Origin: Candidatus Zixiibacteriota bacterium
GTDB lineage: Bacteria > Zixibacteria > MSB-5A5 > GN15 > FEB-12
Assembly: GCA_024278935.1 (NCBI GenBank)
Contig: JAJRSF010000033.1
Coordinates: forward strand, 68,122 to 132,121
Direction: 5' to 3'
DNA: 64,000 nucleotides
Positions 40,194 through 49,259 of the stretch are shown here, one piece after another. Both the position numbers and the translations under genes were made by a program. Position 1 is the first letter of the stretch. Each line of letters opens with the position of its first letter. Under the pieces are notes generated by a model. The model did no database searches. It was not told the origin of the DNA and worked only from the letters and a program-made list of their open reading frames with translations.

Positions 40194-41069
40194 ATGGATT
40201 TAGGACTGCAAGGTAATATAGAAAAATTTACTCTACCGGAGATTTTACAACTGGTAGCGTCGGGACGAAAGTCGGGTACTTTAGGAGTACAACAAGACGA
40301 TTCGATTATTATGGTTTACTTTGATAAGGGTGATATTATCTATGGCTACGGACCTCGTCAGACTTTCCACCTTGGACAACTTCTCAAAGAGAAAAAAATT
40401 ATCTCTGAAACTCAACTTGAACAAGCTATAGCGATTCAGGCAAAAAATCAGAATTCGAAACGTCTTGGCGAAATTTTAATCTCTCGCAAATTTATCGACC
40501 GCGCTGATTTGGAAAAAGTTATTATCGAACAGATTGAAGAACTGCTCTACTCTCTGCTTACTTGGAAAACAGGTTCGTTTAAATTTTACGAAGACCAGTT
40601 TCCTACCGAAGAAGAAATCAAAATTAAAATTTCAGTCGAAAATGTTATCTTGGAAGGTCTCCGTAGACTCGATGAAGCCAATATGGTCAAAGAAACATTC
40701 AAATCTTTAGACGATGTCTATGTAATCTCGGCTGCCCAAGGAGGACGTACTCGCGACGTTGCCCTTAAAGCAAAAGAGTGGAATATCATGGCGTTAGTCG
40801 ATGGCTACCGTTCGGTTCGTGAAGTTTGTAAAGCCTCTACTCTCGACGACAACGATGCGATCAAAAAACTTGCTCAACTAAAACTTGCCGGCATTATCAC
40901 CAAGACTGAACGAAAAGAAATAATGAAGCCTGCCGACGTGGAAACATCTGATGGCATGGAATCAATGGTAAATCGGTTGGCGAATCTCTTTGAAGATTAT
41001 CTTACCGAAAAAAGCCGCAACAGAATGAACCATGATACAATATCCAAAACGACAATGGAGCAGAAGTGA
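40194..41069 (+). CDS. DUF4388 (PatA-N-like) protein with tandem MshEN/GspE-N-like 24-residue motifs
   Basis: The N-terminus GNIEKFTLPEILQLVASGRKSGTLGV is present. It is followed by HLGQLLKEKKIISETQLEQAIAIQ, a 7-aa spacer and RLGEILISRKFIDRADLEKVIIEQ. Confidence 0.65.
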   Translation: MDLGLQGNIEKFTLPEILQLVASGRKSGTLGVQQDDSIIMVYFDKGDIIYGYGPRQTFHLGQLLKEKKIISETQLEQAIAIQAKNQNSKRLGEILISRKFIDRADLEKVIIEQIEELLYSLLTWKTGSFKFYEDQFPTEEEIKIKISVENVILEGLRRLDEANMVKETFKSLDDVYVISAAQGGRTRDVALKAKEWNIMALVDGYRSVREVCKASTLDDNDAIKKLAQLKLAGIITKTERKEIMKPADVETSDGMESMVNRLANLFEDYLTEKSRNRMNHDTISKTTMEQK

Positions 41070-41737
41070 GCCAGACAGCTTCTTTACAATCGCTTGAGTC
41101 ATTGCTTGAAACTTTTTTAGACCGAGTTGTTTTCTTAAAAGAGAAAAAACTGAATGTCTTAGATGGTATCAACCGGCTTGATGATATTGGAGCGATGGTC
41201 AACAGTGGCACCGATGTCACCGATGATATCGGCAACTGGTTTGCCGAGCATAATAAATGGCTTTCTGACCGAACTCTCAAAGATACCGAGCTGAATCGAA
41301 TCACGGGAATGCTCTCAAAAATCAAACGAGAAATCAAAATTGATGCTGATTCCTCAATGGCTCATCAGAAAATTTCAAGCGAAATTGATCGCTGGAACTC
41401 AAAAAAAGAGCATACTGCCCCTATTATCAAACTCAAACGACCTCCGGAAACTGTTACTCCTGAACCTGTGCTAACTCCAAATTCGGACACTATCTCGTTG
41501 TTTGTCAAACGGTTATCAAAAATGACTGCTCTCTTTATGGACTATTCCAACTCGAAAAACCATATTTTGTCTGTTTTAGAAGATCTGCTTCAAAAAGCTT
41601 CAACAGAAACCAGTAAAGATGCCTTGATTTTGTCGGCTTTTATCATATATTATCTCAAACAAAACGGTTATAAAGTTGAACCGTATGTAAGAAAATTAAA
41701 AGAGGCTGAAACTCTTTATAAGAAAGGTATGTTCTAA
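41066..41737 (+). CDS. Hypothetical protein; second gene of the DUF4388 operon
   Basis: The 223-aa ORF has a GTG start that overlaps the upstream stop by 4 nt. It looks helical and I recognise no family. Confidence 0.5.
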   Translation: MSQTASLQSLESLLETFLDRVVFLKEKKLNVLDGINRLDDIGAMVNSGTDVTDDIGNWFAEHNKWLSDRTLKDTELNRITGMLSKIKREIKIDADSSMAHQKISSEIDRWNSKKEHTAPIIKLKRPPETVTPEPVLTPNSDTISLFVKRLSKMTALFMDYSNSKNHILSVLEDLLQKASTETSKDALILSAFIIYYLKQNGYKVEPYVRKLKEAETLYKKGMF

Positions 41738-41967
41738 TGTTATCATTAGGTGAAAAAGCATACTGTGCTGCATTATTGGCATTAAAGAAAAAAGAGTATT
41801 TGCAAGCTTTTGAAAATTTTGAAAAAGCGGCTCCCTATTTTGCAAACAATAAGGAGTTTACCTTGTATCATGACACAACCAAATTATTGGTCGAAGTAAA
41901 AAGAAAACTTGGTACGCTTTCAGAAGATGATAAAATAGAAATCGAGGAGATATTTACACATGGCTAA
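41737..41967 (+). CDS. Small helical (TPR-like) hypothetical protein
   Basis: The 76-aa ORF overlaps the upstream gene as TAATG. The sequence AYCAALLALKKKEYLQAFENFEKAAPYF resembles a single TPR. Confidence 0.45.
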   Translation: MLSLGEKAYCAALLALKKKEYLQAFENFEKAAPYFANNKEFTLYHDTTKLLVEVKRKLGTLSEDDKIEIEEIFTHG

Positions 41968-42148
41968 GAAACAAGCCTTCTCAGACAAAGCGAACAAAAA
42001 AGTACACACCATCACTTGCCCAACATGCCAGGAGAACTATCAGTTCATCAAATTTGTTGGTGCTAAAAAAGGTGTTAAAGGTGCTTGGAAATTCCGCAAT
42101 GAAAACATTGGTGTCTGTAAATGTAACACAGCTGAAATTTACGGCTAG
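41960..42148 (+). CDS. Small Cys4 zinc-ribbon-like basic protein
   Basis: The 62-aa ORF has CPTC...CKC cysteine pairs. It overlaps the upstream gene by 8 nt and is followed by a strong terminator. Confidence 0.45.
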   Translation: MAKKQAFSDKANKKVHTITCPTCQENYQFIKFVGAKKGVKGAWKFRNENIGVCKCNTAEIYG

Positions 42149-42167
42149 ACAAAATTTCATACGTATT

Positions 42168-42195
42168 AAAAAAACCCGCACATGCGGGTTTTTTG
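42168..42195 (+). terminator. Rho-independent terminator of the DUF4388 operon
   Basis: The sequence is aaaaaacccgc-acat-gcgggtttttt. Confidence 0.88.
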
Positions 42196-42242
42196 TGGCT
42201 AGTAATATTTAAATCTCTAACCTGAATATTATAACTACAAAC

Positions 42243-42974
42243 TCAATTTTTCAATAATAAATCTTGATAGAAAAAGCCGTTGGCGGTTTTTCTTTTTACT
42301 TCGGAGTTATCACCCAATGGACATGTTTTATTACTTTTCAAAATAGGGCGATAGACTTTTTCTCCAAATTTAATTTGTATAGGTTCAGAAAACAGAGGTC
42401 CATCAGTTACGAAAGTATGGAACTCACCATTTTCACCACATGGATCAACATCAGATGGTAACGAATCAATAAACTCTTTACTGATAATTTCACCGACATG
42501 CTTCTCAGTTAAAAATGCATCTGAAACCGAACAGACCGGCGTTTTAAACCCTTCCTCAAGAAACTGATTGATAAGTTCTTTGGTATCACGTTTCCATAGA
42601 GGGAATATTGCTGAATAACCAATCTCTGCAAGTTGTTTCTCACGCCATTTGCGTAAATCTTCTAAAAATATATCACCATAGATTATTTTAGATATCCCCT
42701 GCTCTTTAAAATGACTTAAACGATTCGCAATCTCTTCTTGATATTGCGAATTCGTACCTGGGTTTTCTAAGTAGACAATTTCAAGAGGAAGCCCTATTGC
42801 AATGGCTTGGGCAATTAAGAGTTCTTCGCGAACGCCATGCATCGAGATTCGTTTAAATTCAATATTGACTGTCGTTACCAGTGCAACAATATCATATTTT
42901 TTGAGAGCATAGTATAAACAGAGGGCGGAATCTTTTCCACCACTCCATGAGAATAAAACTTTTTCTTTAGTCAT
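42243..42974 (-). CDS. Dph6/MJ0570-like PP-loop ATP pyrophosphatase (ATP_bind_4 family)
   Basis: It has the N-terminal PP-loop SWSGGKDS and the family-typical length of 243 aa. It overlaps the upstream membrane-protein gene by 8 nt. Confidence 0.75.
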   Translation of the reverse strand: MTKEKVLFSWSGGKDSALCLYYALKKYDIVALVTTVNIEFKRISMHGVREELLIAQAIAIGLPLEIVYLENPGTNSQYQEEIANRLSHFKEQGISKIIYGDIFLEDLRKWREKQLAEIGYSAIFPLWKRDTKELINQFLEEGFKTPVCSVSDAFLTEKHVGEIISKEFIDSLPSDVDPCGENGEFHTFVTDGPLFSEPIQIKFGEKVYRPILKSNKTCPLGDNSEVKRKTANGFFYQDLLLKN

Positions 42975-43491
42975 TTTTTAAATTGACCGTTTGCAATTTT
43001 TTACTGAGTTGCAAATCAATCTGCTTCCCAAACAGTTCGTAACTTCCGAAGAAGAAAAGAACATACACCGCATTACCCAGTAGTGAATTTGCAAAAAATG
43101 GAATTGCCATTGTGAAACACAAACTTAAACCTTCGGCAGTATGCGGATAAAAATCAGAGAACAACCACAGAGAAAAATTTGTCACGAAAAAGAAAATAAC
43201 CGAGACTGCAAGCGTAGAGATTGCAATCATTGAGACAGACTTATTTTTTTTAAGCCATACTCCTGCAAGCGAACCCAGGCCAATGCACACATACACAGAC
43301 AACATGATACGAATATCATAGAAGCCGATAAAATAGTCAGCCAATAACATCGCTACGATTGGTACGACAAAAGCAGTTTTCTTGTGCATATATGCACCAG
43401 CAAACAAACCTAATGCCATAATCGGTGCAAAGTTTGGTGGATGAGGTAAAAGTCGTGATGCAACACCAATTACTATAAGTAAATATAACAT
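42967..43491 (-). CDS. Small polytopic membrane protein and candidate corrinoid transporter (DUF6580-like by recollection)
   Basis: The 174-aa protein has 5-6 TM helices and the N-terminal motif RLLPHPPNFAPIMALGLFAGA. It is the second gene of the riboswitch-controlled operon. Confidence 0.55.
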   Translation of the reverse strand: MLYLLIVIGVASRLLPHPPNFAPIMALGLFAGAYMHKKTAFVVPIVAMLLADYFIGFYDIRIMLSVYVCIGLGSLAGVWLKKNKSVSMIAISTLAVSVIFFFVTNFSLWLFSDFYPHTAEGLSLCFTMAIPFFANSLLGNAVYVLFFFGSYELFGKQIDLQLSKKLQTVNLKND

Positions 43492-43517
43492 ATCAAATCT
43501 CCAATTTAATCAGACGT

Positions 43518-45446
43518 TTATAAAGAAATTTTCAGACCAAGATAGCCCGAGCGATCCGGTGTGTTATACCGCAACACATCTTGATAATCTTCATCAAACA
43601 AATTGTCGACTCTTCCTGTTACGACTGTATTTTCTAGAATTTGATACGATGCTGATATGTTCACAACCGTATATGCATCTAGTATGATATCTTCATTTGG
43701 ACCCGGCCATGGTTTAAAATCGGTATCAAAGCGATCACCGATTGATTGTATACTCAAAGTTGCGTGTATAGCTTTTGAAAATTGATGATTGATATGCATC
43801 CGAATTTTCTCTTCAGGGCGTCTTATAATTTTGCTTTCATCTGATTTATTTTCTATATCTGTATAGGTAAAATCAAACCGAACAGAACTGTTTTTGAATC
43901 TGATTTGCGCAAATGCTTCAACACCTTTTGTTGAAACTTCATTTATATTTATTGATTTAAACAAAGCATCAAACCCAATCAGATTATCAATTTCATTATA
44001 AAAATATGTCGCCCCAAAATTCAAAATATTATCGAGAGAGGTTTTAGTGAATCCGATTTCCCAACCAATATTTTCTTCCGGTATTAAATCCGGGTTGCCA
44101 TAAGTTTCATTGTTGATTTGATACAATGATGGTGCCTTAAATGCTGAGCCATAAGTTCCTTTGAGAGTCAAACCTTGCGAAGCAAATTTATATAACGATG
44201 TAAAACGATACGTTACTTTGGAGCCAAAATCTTCATGGTCATCAAAACGCAGTCCACCTGAGACAGAGAACTGTTCAGTGATAGCCCAATCATCTAAGCC
44301 ATAAATTGAGACAGTCGATGCACTTAATTCTTCCGTTGTATCAGAGTAAGGACCAAAGAAGCTCGTAGAATTTATATCGGATTCATACGTTTCTTTTTCA
44401 TAGTCAAAGCCTATAACTGTATGAATGTTTTCAATAACTTCCATCTGGTTTGAAGCGGACAGTTTAAAACGTTTACCTGTTGAATTTAATTCTGATGAAG
44501 ATGCACCATGGGCATCATCTAGCAAGTCGACACTTTTTAAATCCTGGCTTGAGAAAGCTACCGACAGTTCAGGCTTAAACATTTTAGAATCAGTATCTAA
44601 ATTTTTCAAACGAAGAGCGATGCTATTCATTTTATTTTCAGAATAACTATTGGGATCGTCGTACACAGCACTTGATTTATCAATATCAGCATTTGCATCT
44701 ATGAGTTTTCCTACGAAAGATAGTTCATAATTATCTGTGATTTGTAAACCAATATTTGCTACGATGTCGGTGCTTTCGAAACCATCTTTTTCTTCCCCAC
44801 CTGCATCTTCTCTGATAGTAGAAAACCCATCACTGTCTTTTCTTGAGACAAACAAAGAGTAATCAATTATATTTTCAGAGCCACTCATGTGAATCGATTC
44901 TGTGTATGAATTAAATGAACCTGCTTCGGCAGAAATTTCTGTTTTTAATTTTCCAAATCCTCGTTTTGTAAAAATCTGAATAACCCCACCAACAGCATCG
45001 GCACCATAGAGAACAGATTGAGGTCCTCGTAACACTTCAATTCTTTGGATATTACTGACATTCAAAAACGCAAAATCAAAACTTGATGTCGTCGGATTAT
45101 TCATTTCGATACCATCAATGATAACTAGCGTATGATTGGAATTTGTCCCACGCATAAAAACCGATGTCTGTGTGCCAGCTCCACCTAAACGGACAACATC
45201 AAGACCCGGTACTTGTTTCAGAAGTTCTGACACCATCACAGTTTGACTTTTATTAATATCTTCTTCAGATATAATAGTCACCGAACTGGCTGTTTTTTCT
45301 ATAGAAGTTGGAAACCTGTTTGCTGAAATTACGATTGAATCTGGGATTTGTTTTGGATTGTCGATACTGCCACTTTTACTGTCTGCTTTGGTTCCCGACG
45401 CTCCAAAGCTCAAAACGAGTAAAGCAGCCACAAAAAAACGCTTCAT
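43518..45446 (-). CDS. btuB: TonB-dependent outer-membrane receptor, BtuB-like
   Basis: It has a signal peptide, the TonB box DSIVISANR, a plug domain and a 22-strand barrel-length body. It lies directly downstream of a cobalamin riboswitch. Confidence 0.88.
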   Translation of the reverse strand: MKRFFVAALLVLSFGASGTKADSKSGSIDNPKQIPDSIVISANRFPTSIEKTASSVTIISEEDINKSQTVMVSELLKQVPGLDVVRLGGAGTQTSVFMRGTNSNHTLVIIDGIEMNNPTTSSFDFAFLNVSNIQRIEVLRGPQSVLYGADAVGGVIQIFTKRGFGKLKTEISAEAGSFNSYTESIHMSGSENIIDYSLFVSRKDSDGFSTIREDAGGEEKDGFESTDIVANIGLQITDNYELSFVGKLIDANADIDKSSAVYDDPNSYSENKMNSIALRLKNLDTDSKMFKPELSVAFSSQDLKSVDLLDDAHGASSSELNSTGKRFKLSASNQMEVIENIHTVIGFDYEKETYESDINSTSFFGPYSDTTEELSASTVSIYGLDDWAITEQFSVSGGLRFDDHEDFGSKVTYRFTSLYKFASQGLTLKGTYGSAFKAPSLYQINNETYGNPDLIPEENIGWEIGFTKTSLDNILNFGATYFYNEIDNLIGFDALFKSININEVSTKGVEAFAQIRFKNSSVRFDFTYTDIENKSDESKIIRRPEEKIRMHINHQFSKAIHATLSIQSIGDRFDTDFKPWPGPNEDIILDAYTVVNISASYQILENTVVTGRVDNLFDEDYQDVLRYNTPDRSGYLGLKISL

Positions 45447-45514
45447 GGTTACTCCTTAAAACTGACCACAAGCGTAAGATTTCGTCAACGAACCCACGCC
45501 GTTATCAGTAAAAA

Positions 45515-45685
45515 TTTAGATTCTGGCAGGTTTCCTGACTTAAGCATAGACCTTACTCAAACACCTTCCCGGTCATTTGACCAGTGGTAAACCGTTTGGC
45601 AAGTAGCTCTTACAGTAGCGGGGCTGCGACGGAATTACACCGTCTTCCCTATTATCTGTCTCTCGTAGACAGCACCAAAATAATG
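45515..45685 (-). promoter_or_regulatory. Cobalamin (B12) riboswitch
   Basis: The minus strand reads ..GGTGCtgtc..AGGGAAgaCGGTGtaAtTCCGtcgCaGCCCCGCtACTGTaag..CCACTGG..CCGGGAAGG..AGTCAGGAAACCTGCCA. The last element is the B12 box, at about 45521..45537 on the plus strand. Confidence 0.9.
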
Positions 45686-45745
45686 TATTTATAAAATGGG
45701 GATAGAATTTTGTTTTGTCAAGCGATAAGAAAGTCTCTATTTTGG

Positions 45746-46744
45746 TTAGACCATCTTCAAATATGGAATCGCATTTGTGATAAGCTCGGAGGCACCCTCT
45801 TTTTTAAAACGGTAATATCCGGCGGCGGCAATCATGGCGGCATTGTCAGTACATAATGAAATTGGCGGATAAAAAAGTTTTTGGTTACCCCGAATCCGTT
45901 CTGTAAACATCGAACGCACTCGACTATTGGCGGCGACCCCACCGGCTAAAGTAATATGATTGATATGTTTTTCTTTGGCAGCTCGAAGCGTTTTGGCAAC
46001 GAGAACTTCAACAGCAGCTTCTTGAAACGATGCTGCGATATTCGCTTTGTTCTTTGCAAACTCATCATCTGATAAACTTTTAATATGAAGTGATACTGCA
46101 GTCTCGAGACCTGAGTAGGAAAACATATATGATTTATCATGCATCATCGCTCTCGGAAATTTCATATAAGAACTGTCACCATCTTTTGCGAGCTTATCCA
46201 AAACAGCCCCACCCGGATAACCAAGCCCCATAATCTTCGCAACTTTATCATACGCCTCACCGGCAGCATCATCTTTGGTATTACCAAGCAATTCATACTC
46301 GCCAAAAGATTTTACTTCCAGAAGCATGGTATGCCCACCCGAAATTATCAGCGACAGATGACGTTCATCGATACCTGAGTGTGCCAGATAGTTAGCACTC
46401 AAATGCCCTTCCATATGATTGACGCAGACAAACGGAATCGAAGATGCATAAGCAAGCCCCTTGGCAAAAGTTAACCCGACAAGCAATGGTCCGACCAGTC
46501 CTGGTCCCATAGTAGCTGCGATTAAATCAATATCAGAAAGTTTAACCGATGCTTTTTCAAGTGCTTCTTCATAGATTGGTACGATAGTTTTTAGATGCGA
46601 CCGACTGGCAACTTCTGGAACAACGCCACCAAATTTTGTATGTTCATCCTGTGAGAGAATTATATTAGCGAGAACTTCTTTGCCATCTTTGACAACAGCA
46701 ACCGATGTTTCATCGCATGAACTTTCTATTCCTAATACAAGCAT
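45746..46744 (-). CDS. tsaD: tRNA N6-adenosine threonylcarbamoyltransferase
   Basis: It has the N-terminus LGIESSCDETS and the metal-binding motif VNHMEGH. The 332-aa length is typical. Confidence 0.95.
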   Translation of the reverse strand: MLVLGIESSCDETSVAVVKDGKEVLANIILSQDEHTKFGGVVPEVASRSHLKTIVPIYEEALEKASVKLSDIDLIAATMGPGLVGPLLVGLTFAKGLAYASSIPFVCVNHMEGHLSANYLAHSGIDERHLSLIISGGHTMLLEVKSFGEYELLGNTKDDAAGEAYDKVAKIMGLGYPGGAVLDKLAKDGDSSYMKFPRAMMHDKSYMFSYSGLETAVSLHIKSLSDDEFAKNKANIAASFQEAAVEVLVAKTLRAAKEKHINHITLAGGVAANSRVRSMFTERIRGNQKLFYPPISLCTDNAAMIAAAGYYRFKKEGASELITNAIPYLKMV

Positions 46745-46748
46745 CTAT

Positions 46749-47666
46749 TTACCTAGTGAGAAGTAACACCGAGTCCGGCGTTGCTTTTCGTATTTTAAAT
46801 TTAACAGGACAATCAATAACCAACACCGCTTTACCACTGTTAGTTTTTTGGGCATAGTCGACCGATGCTATCAGTGTGTTTTTATTGAGCAGATCTATTT
46901 CCGTTGGAGGACCGGTCAGTTCAATCCGTACAAATTGAGGGACCATTTCGACAATACTATCAGACGGCGGGTTATACAGCACGATTGGTATCTGATTAAA
47001 GACACGAGTCTTCACAGGAACGACTTCAATAAACAAAGATACGGAATCAGGCTTAAGCTCAATGCCGTATCCAAAAGGTTTTGCAAGAGGAAGCTTCAGT
47101 TCGATATTACTTCGAAGCCCTTTGAGAACCTTATGTTCGGTAAAAACAACCGGAATTTTTTTTACAAGAGTCTTGGGACCTTTAAGTTTGATTTGACTTG
47201 GTAAAATAGAACTGACCGAACTCACCGCATAACCTTCATCAGGTTCAGCAACTATATCCGGTTTTACTTCTACCAGAACCTCTACAATATTGTCCAATGA
47301 AATTTTGATATTTGATGGTGATATTATTTCTTCTAACGTCACATCGGTAGTCGCAGATGAAATAAAAACATTCGATGTATTCAAATTCAGATCATACTGT
47401 CCGATTCCAAATTGAGAGACAATTATCTTTAGACCTCTTGAGCGCCACTTTTTTCGTATAAGCTGTTTGCCCGATGCCGAAACAGTTACCATCAAAGAAT
47501 CAGGTGGACTCGAACTAAGCGTTAAGCCACTCTCCAATATAATCTCTGAAACCGGTAGATATAATTGATAGATATAATTTTTCTCGGTTGCGACATGAAA
47601 CCATAATAGCAACCCAAAAATTAGTGCTATAATTTTAATCCAGAGATTTTCAAATAATTTTGTCAT
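46749..47666 (-). CDS. YbbR-domain protein (CdaR-like)
   Basis: It has the N-terminal anchor NLWIKIIALIFGLLLWFHV followed by repeated YbbR-like beta modules. Confidence 0.7.
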   Translation of the reverse strand: MTKLFENLWIKIIALIFGLLLWFHVATEKNYIYQLYLPVSEIILESGLTLSSSPPDSLMVTVSASGKQLIRKKWRSRGLKIIVSQFGIGQYDLNLNTSNVFISSATTDVTLEEIISPSNIKISLDNIVEVLVEVKPDIVAEPDEGYAVSSVSSILPSQIKLKGPKTLVKKIPVVFTEHKVLKGLRSNIELKLPLAKPFGYGIELKPDSVSLFIEVVPVKTRVFNQIPIVLYNPPSDSIVEMVPQFVRIELTGPPTEIDLLNKNTLIASVDYAQKTNSGKAVLVIDCPVKFKIRKATPDSVLLLTR

Positions 47667-47757
47667 ACAATATCAATACCTTATTTATATATCAATAGTA
47701 CGATAAAACAGATGTAGAATCAATAAAAAAGGGAAAGTCAAATCTTTTAAAGTAATA

Positions 47758-47781
47758 CCCTTCGACTCCGCTCAGGGTGAC
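47758..47781. repeat. Second copy of the cttcgac..gctcag..gtgac intergenic module
   Basis: cccttcgactccgctcagggtgac matches acttcgacaagctcagcatgac at 21160..21181. It lies in the gap between the propeller gene and ybbR. Confidence 0.5.
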
Positions 47782-47792
47782 TAATGTTTCTG

Positions 47793-49259
47793 TTAGTCAA
47801 TTCTATCGGGGTCATTCCAAAGAAATTGCGAAAGCCCTCTATCGGTGCCAACCCAAAGATAATCGCCATCAAGAAGTAAATCAAACACGAACTGTGATGG
47901 TATACCGTCTGATGTTGTAAATTCTCTACTGTTTGAAAAACCTGACTCAGTTAAGTAAAACATCTCAAACCCAAAATCTGTCGAGATAAAAGCAACATCA
48001 TCGTTAACTGCCAATGCCCTATGATTGGTTCCATGAGAATCAGATCTAAACGATGTTGTCTTGCCCGTTTTAAGATTTAACCTGACCATTCCGCTTGATG
48101 AAGCGATAAACAGGTTTTCCTCATAACGCTCAATATTATAGACTCGTCCCGAAGCTATTTGAAATGGGTCTCTAAACTTTTTTAACTCAAGAGAACCAAG
48201 ATGCAATTGATACGCCCCAACTTCTGATGCTATCCACAGAGTTGAATCGGTTAATGCAAAATCATATATTGACTGGTTCTGGAATTGGTTAGAATAGATA
48301 AGTTTTAAAGAATCGGAATTTTCATTTAAAACCTGTAAACCATAAAGACTGCCGATATACAATTTATCTTTAACTTTTTTTAAATAAAGAAGTTGATCAG
48401 AGATAAGCCCATTCCGTTCAGTAATAATCTGAGTAACTTCAAGAGTTTCTTTATCCAAAGCTGCTAATCCACCCAATGTAGCTAAATAATAAAATTTGTC
48501 ATCTTCTTCTATCGCTCTAATATCTTCATCTGGGAATTCAAAGGTCAATCCGGATTCTTTATATGAAAAGCTGTTCTGCTCAATATCAAAAAATGTCAAA
48601 CCAGTACGACTTGACCCAACATTGTCACCCCCGACAATTAAAGTCCCATCACTGTATAAAATCGTATTAACCCTGTTTTGAATTAAACCATACGGAAGAA
48701 ATTCGATAAGGTCTGAATGACCAACTTTTGCGGCACCTAACCCCCACACAGAGATCCATCGAACGCCAGAGTCTTCTCTTACCATTTGAATTATTGGATA
48801 TTCAAATCCTGAATCATCTTGGATATAACCATTACCTGAATAAAAATAATTTGGCTCGACATACAAAATTGGAGGAAGCGAGACATCATAGTAGGTCTTA
48901 TCAATCTGTGGAATCTCGTTTACATAAGACCAGTTGGCAAATGTCATATCATATTCATAAGAATTTATCTCAGTACGTGCAAACAGAGATCGGTCAAATT
49001 GATCAACATAGATTTTAAATATATTTCGGTAGTCAATATTGGGAGTCCCCGAGAGCGGGCTGATCCATTCTTCCGAAATTTTATCATATATAATAATCCC
49101 CTCCGACGTTGCGAAATATATATAATTCATAGAGACCGCTATATCTCGGATATGAGAAAAATCCGCATAGGTCACTATGTTAATATCTTGAAGTGCCTTC
49201 ACAGGCGTTGTTAAAAATAAGAGGGAAATGCTACAATATAGTATCAATTGTTTTTTCAT
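47793..49259 (-). CDS. Secreted beta-propeller protein (two-component-regulator-propeller-like repeats)
   Basis: It has a signal peptide and repeated modules of about 40-50 aa with Y/W..G(L/I) patterns. No effector domain is present. Confidence 0.55.
   Translation of the reverse strand: MKKQLILYCSISLLFLTTPVKALQDINIVTYADFSHIRDIAVSMNYIYFATSEGIIIYDKISEEWISPLSGTPNIDYRNIFKIYVDQFDRSLFARTEINSYEYDMTFANWSYVNEIPQIDKTYYDVSLPPILYVEPNYFYSGNGYIQDDSGFEYPIIQMVREDSGVRWISVWGLGAAKVGHSDLIEFLPYGLIQNRVNTILYSDGTLIVGGDNVGSSRTGLTFFDIEQNSFSYKESGLTFEFPDEDIRAIEEDDKFYYLATLGGLAALDKETLEVTQIITERNGLISDQLLYLKKVKDKLYIGSLYGLQVLNENSDSLKLIYSNQFQNQSIYDFALTDSTLWIASEVGAYQLHLGSLELKKFRDPFQIASGRVYNIERYEENLFIASSSGMVRLNLKTGKTTSFRSDSHGTNHRALAVNDDVAFISTDFGFEMFYLTESGFSNSREFTTSDGIPSQFVFDLLLDGDYLWVGTDRGLSQFLWNDPDRID

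Noticed and set aside
46749-47666. Whether the YbbR/CdaR-like gene without an adjacent cdaA diadenylate cyclase is an anomaly.
   Set aside because: YbbR-domain proteins also occur outside cdaA operons, and cdaA may lie elsewhere in the genome. This cannot be assessed from one window.
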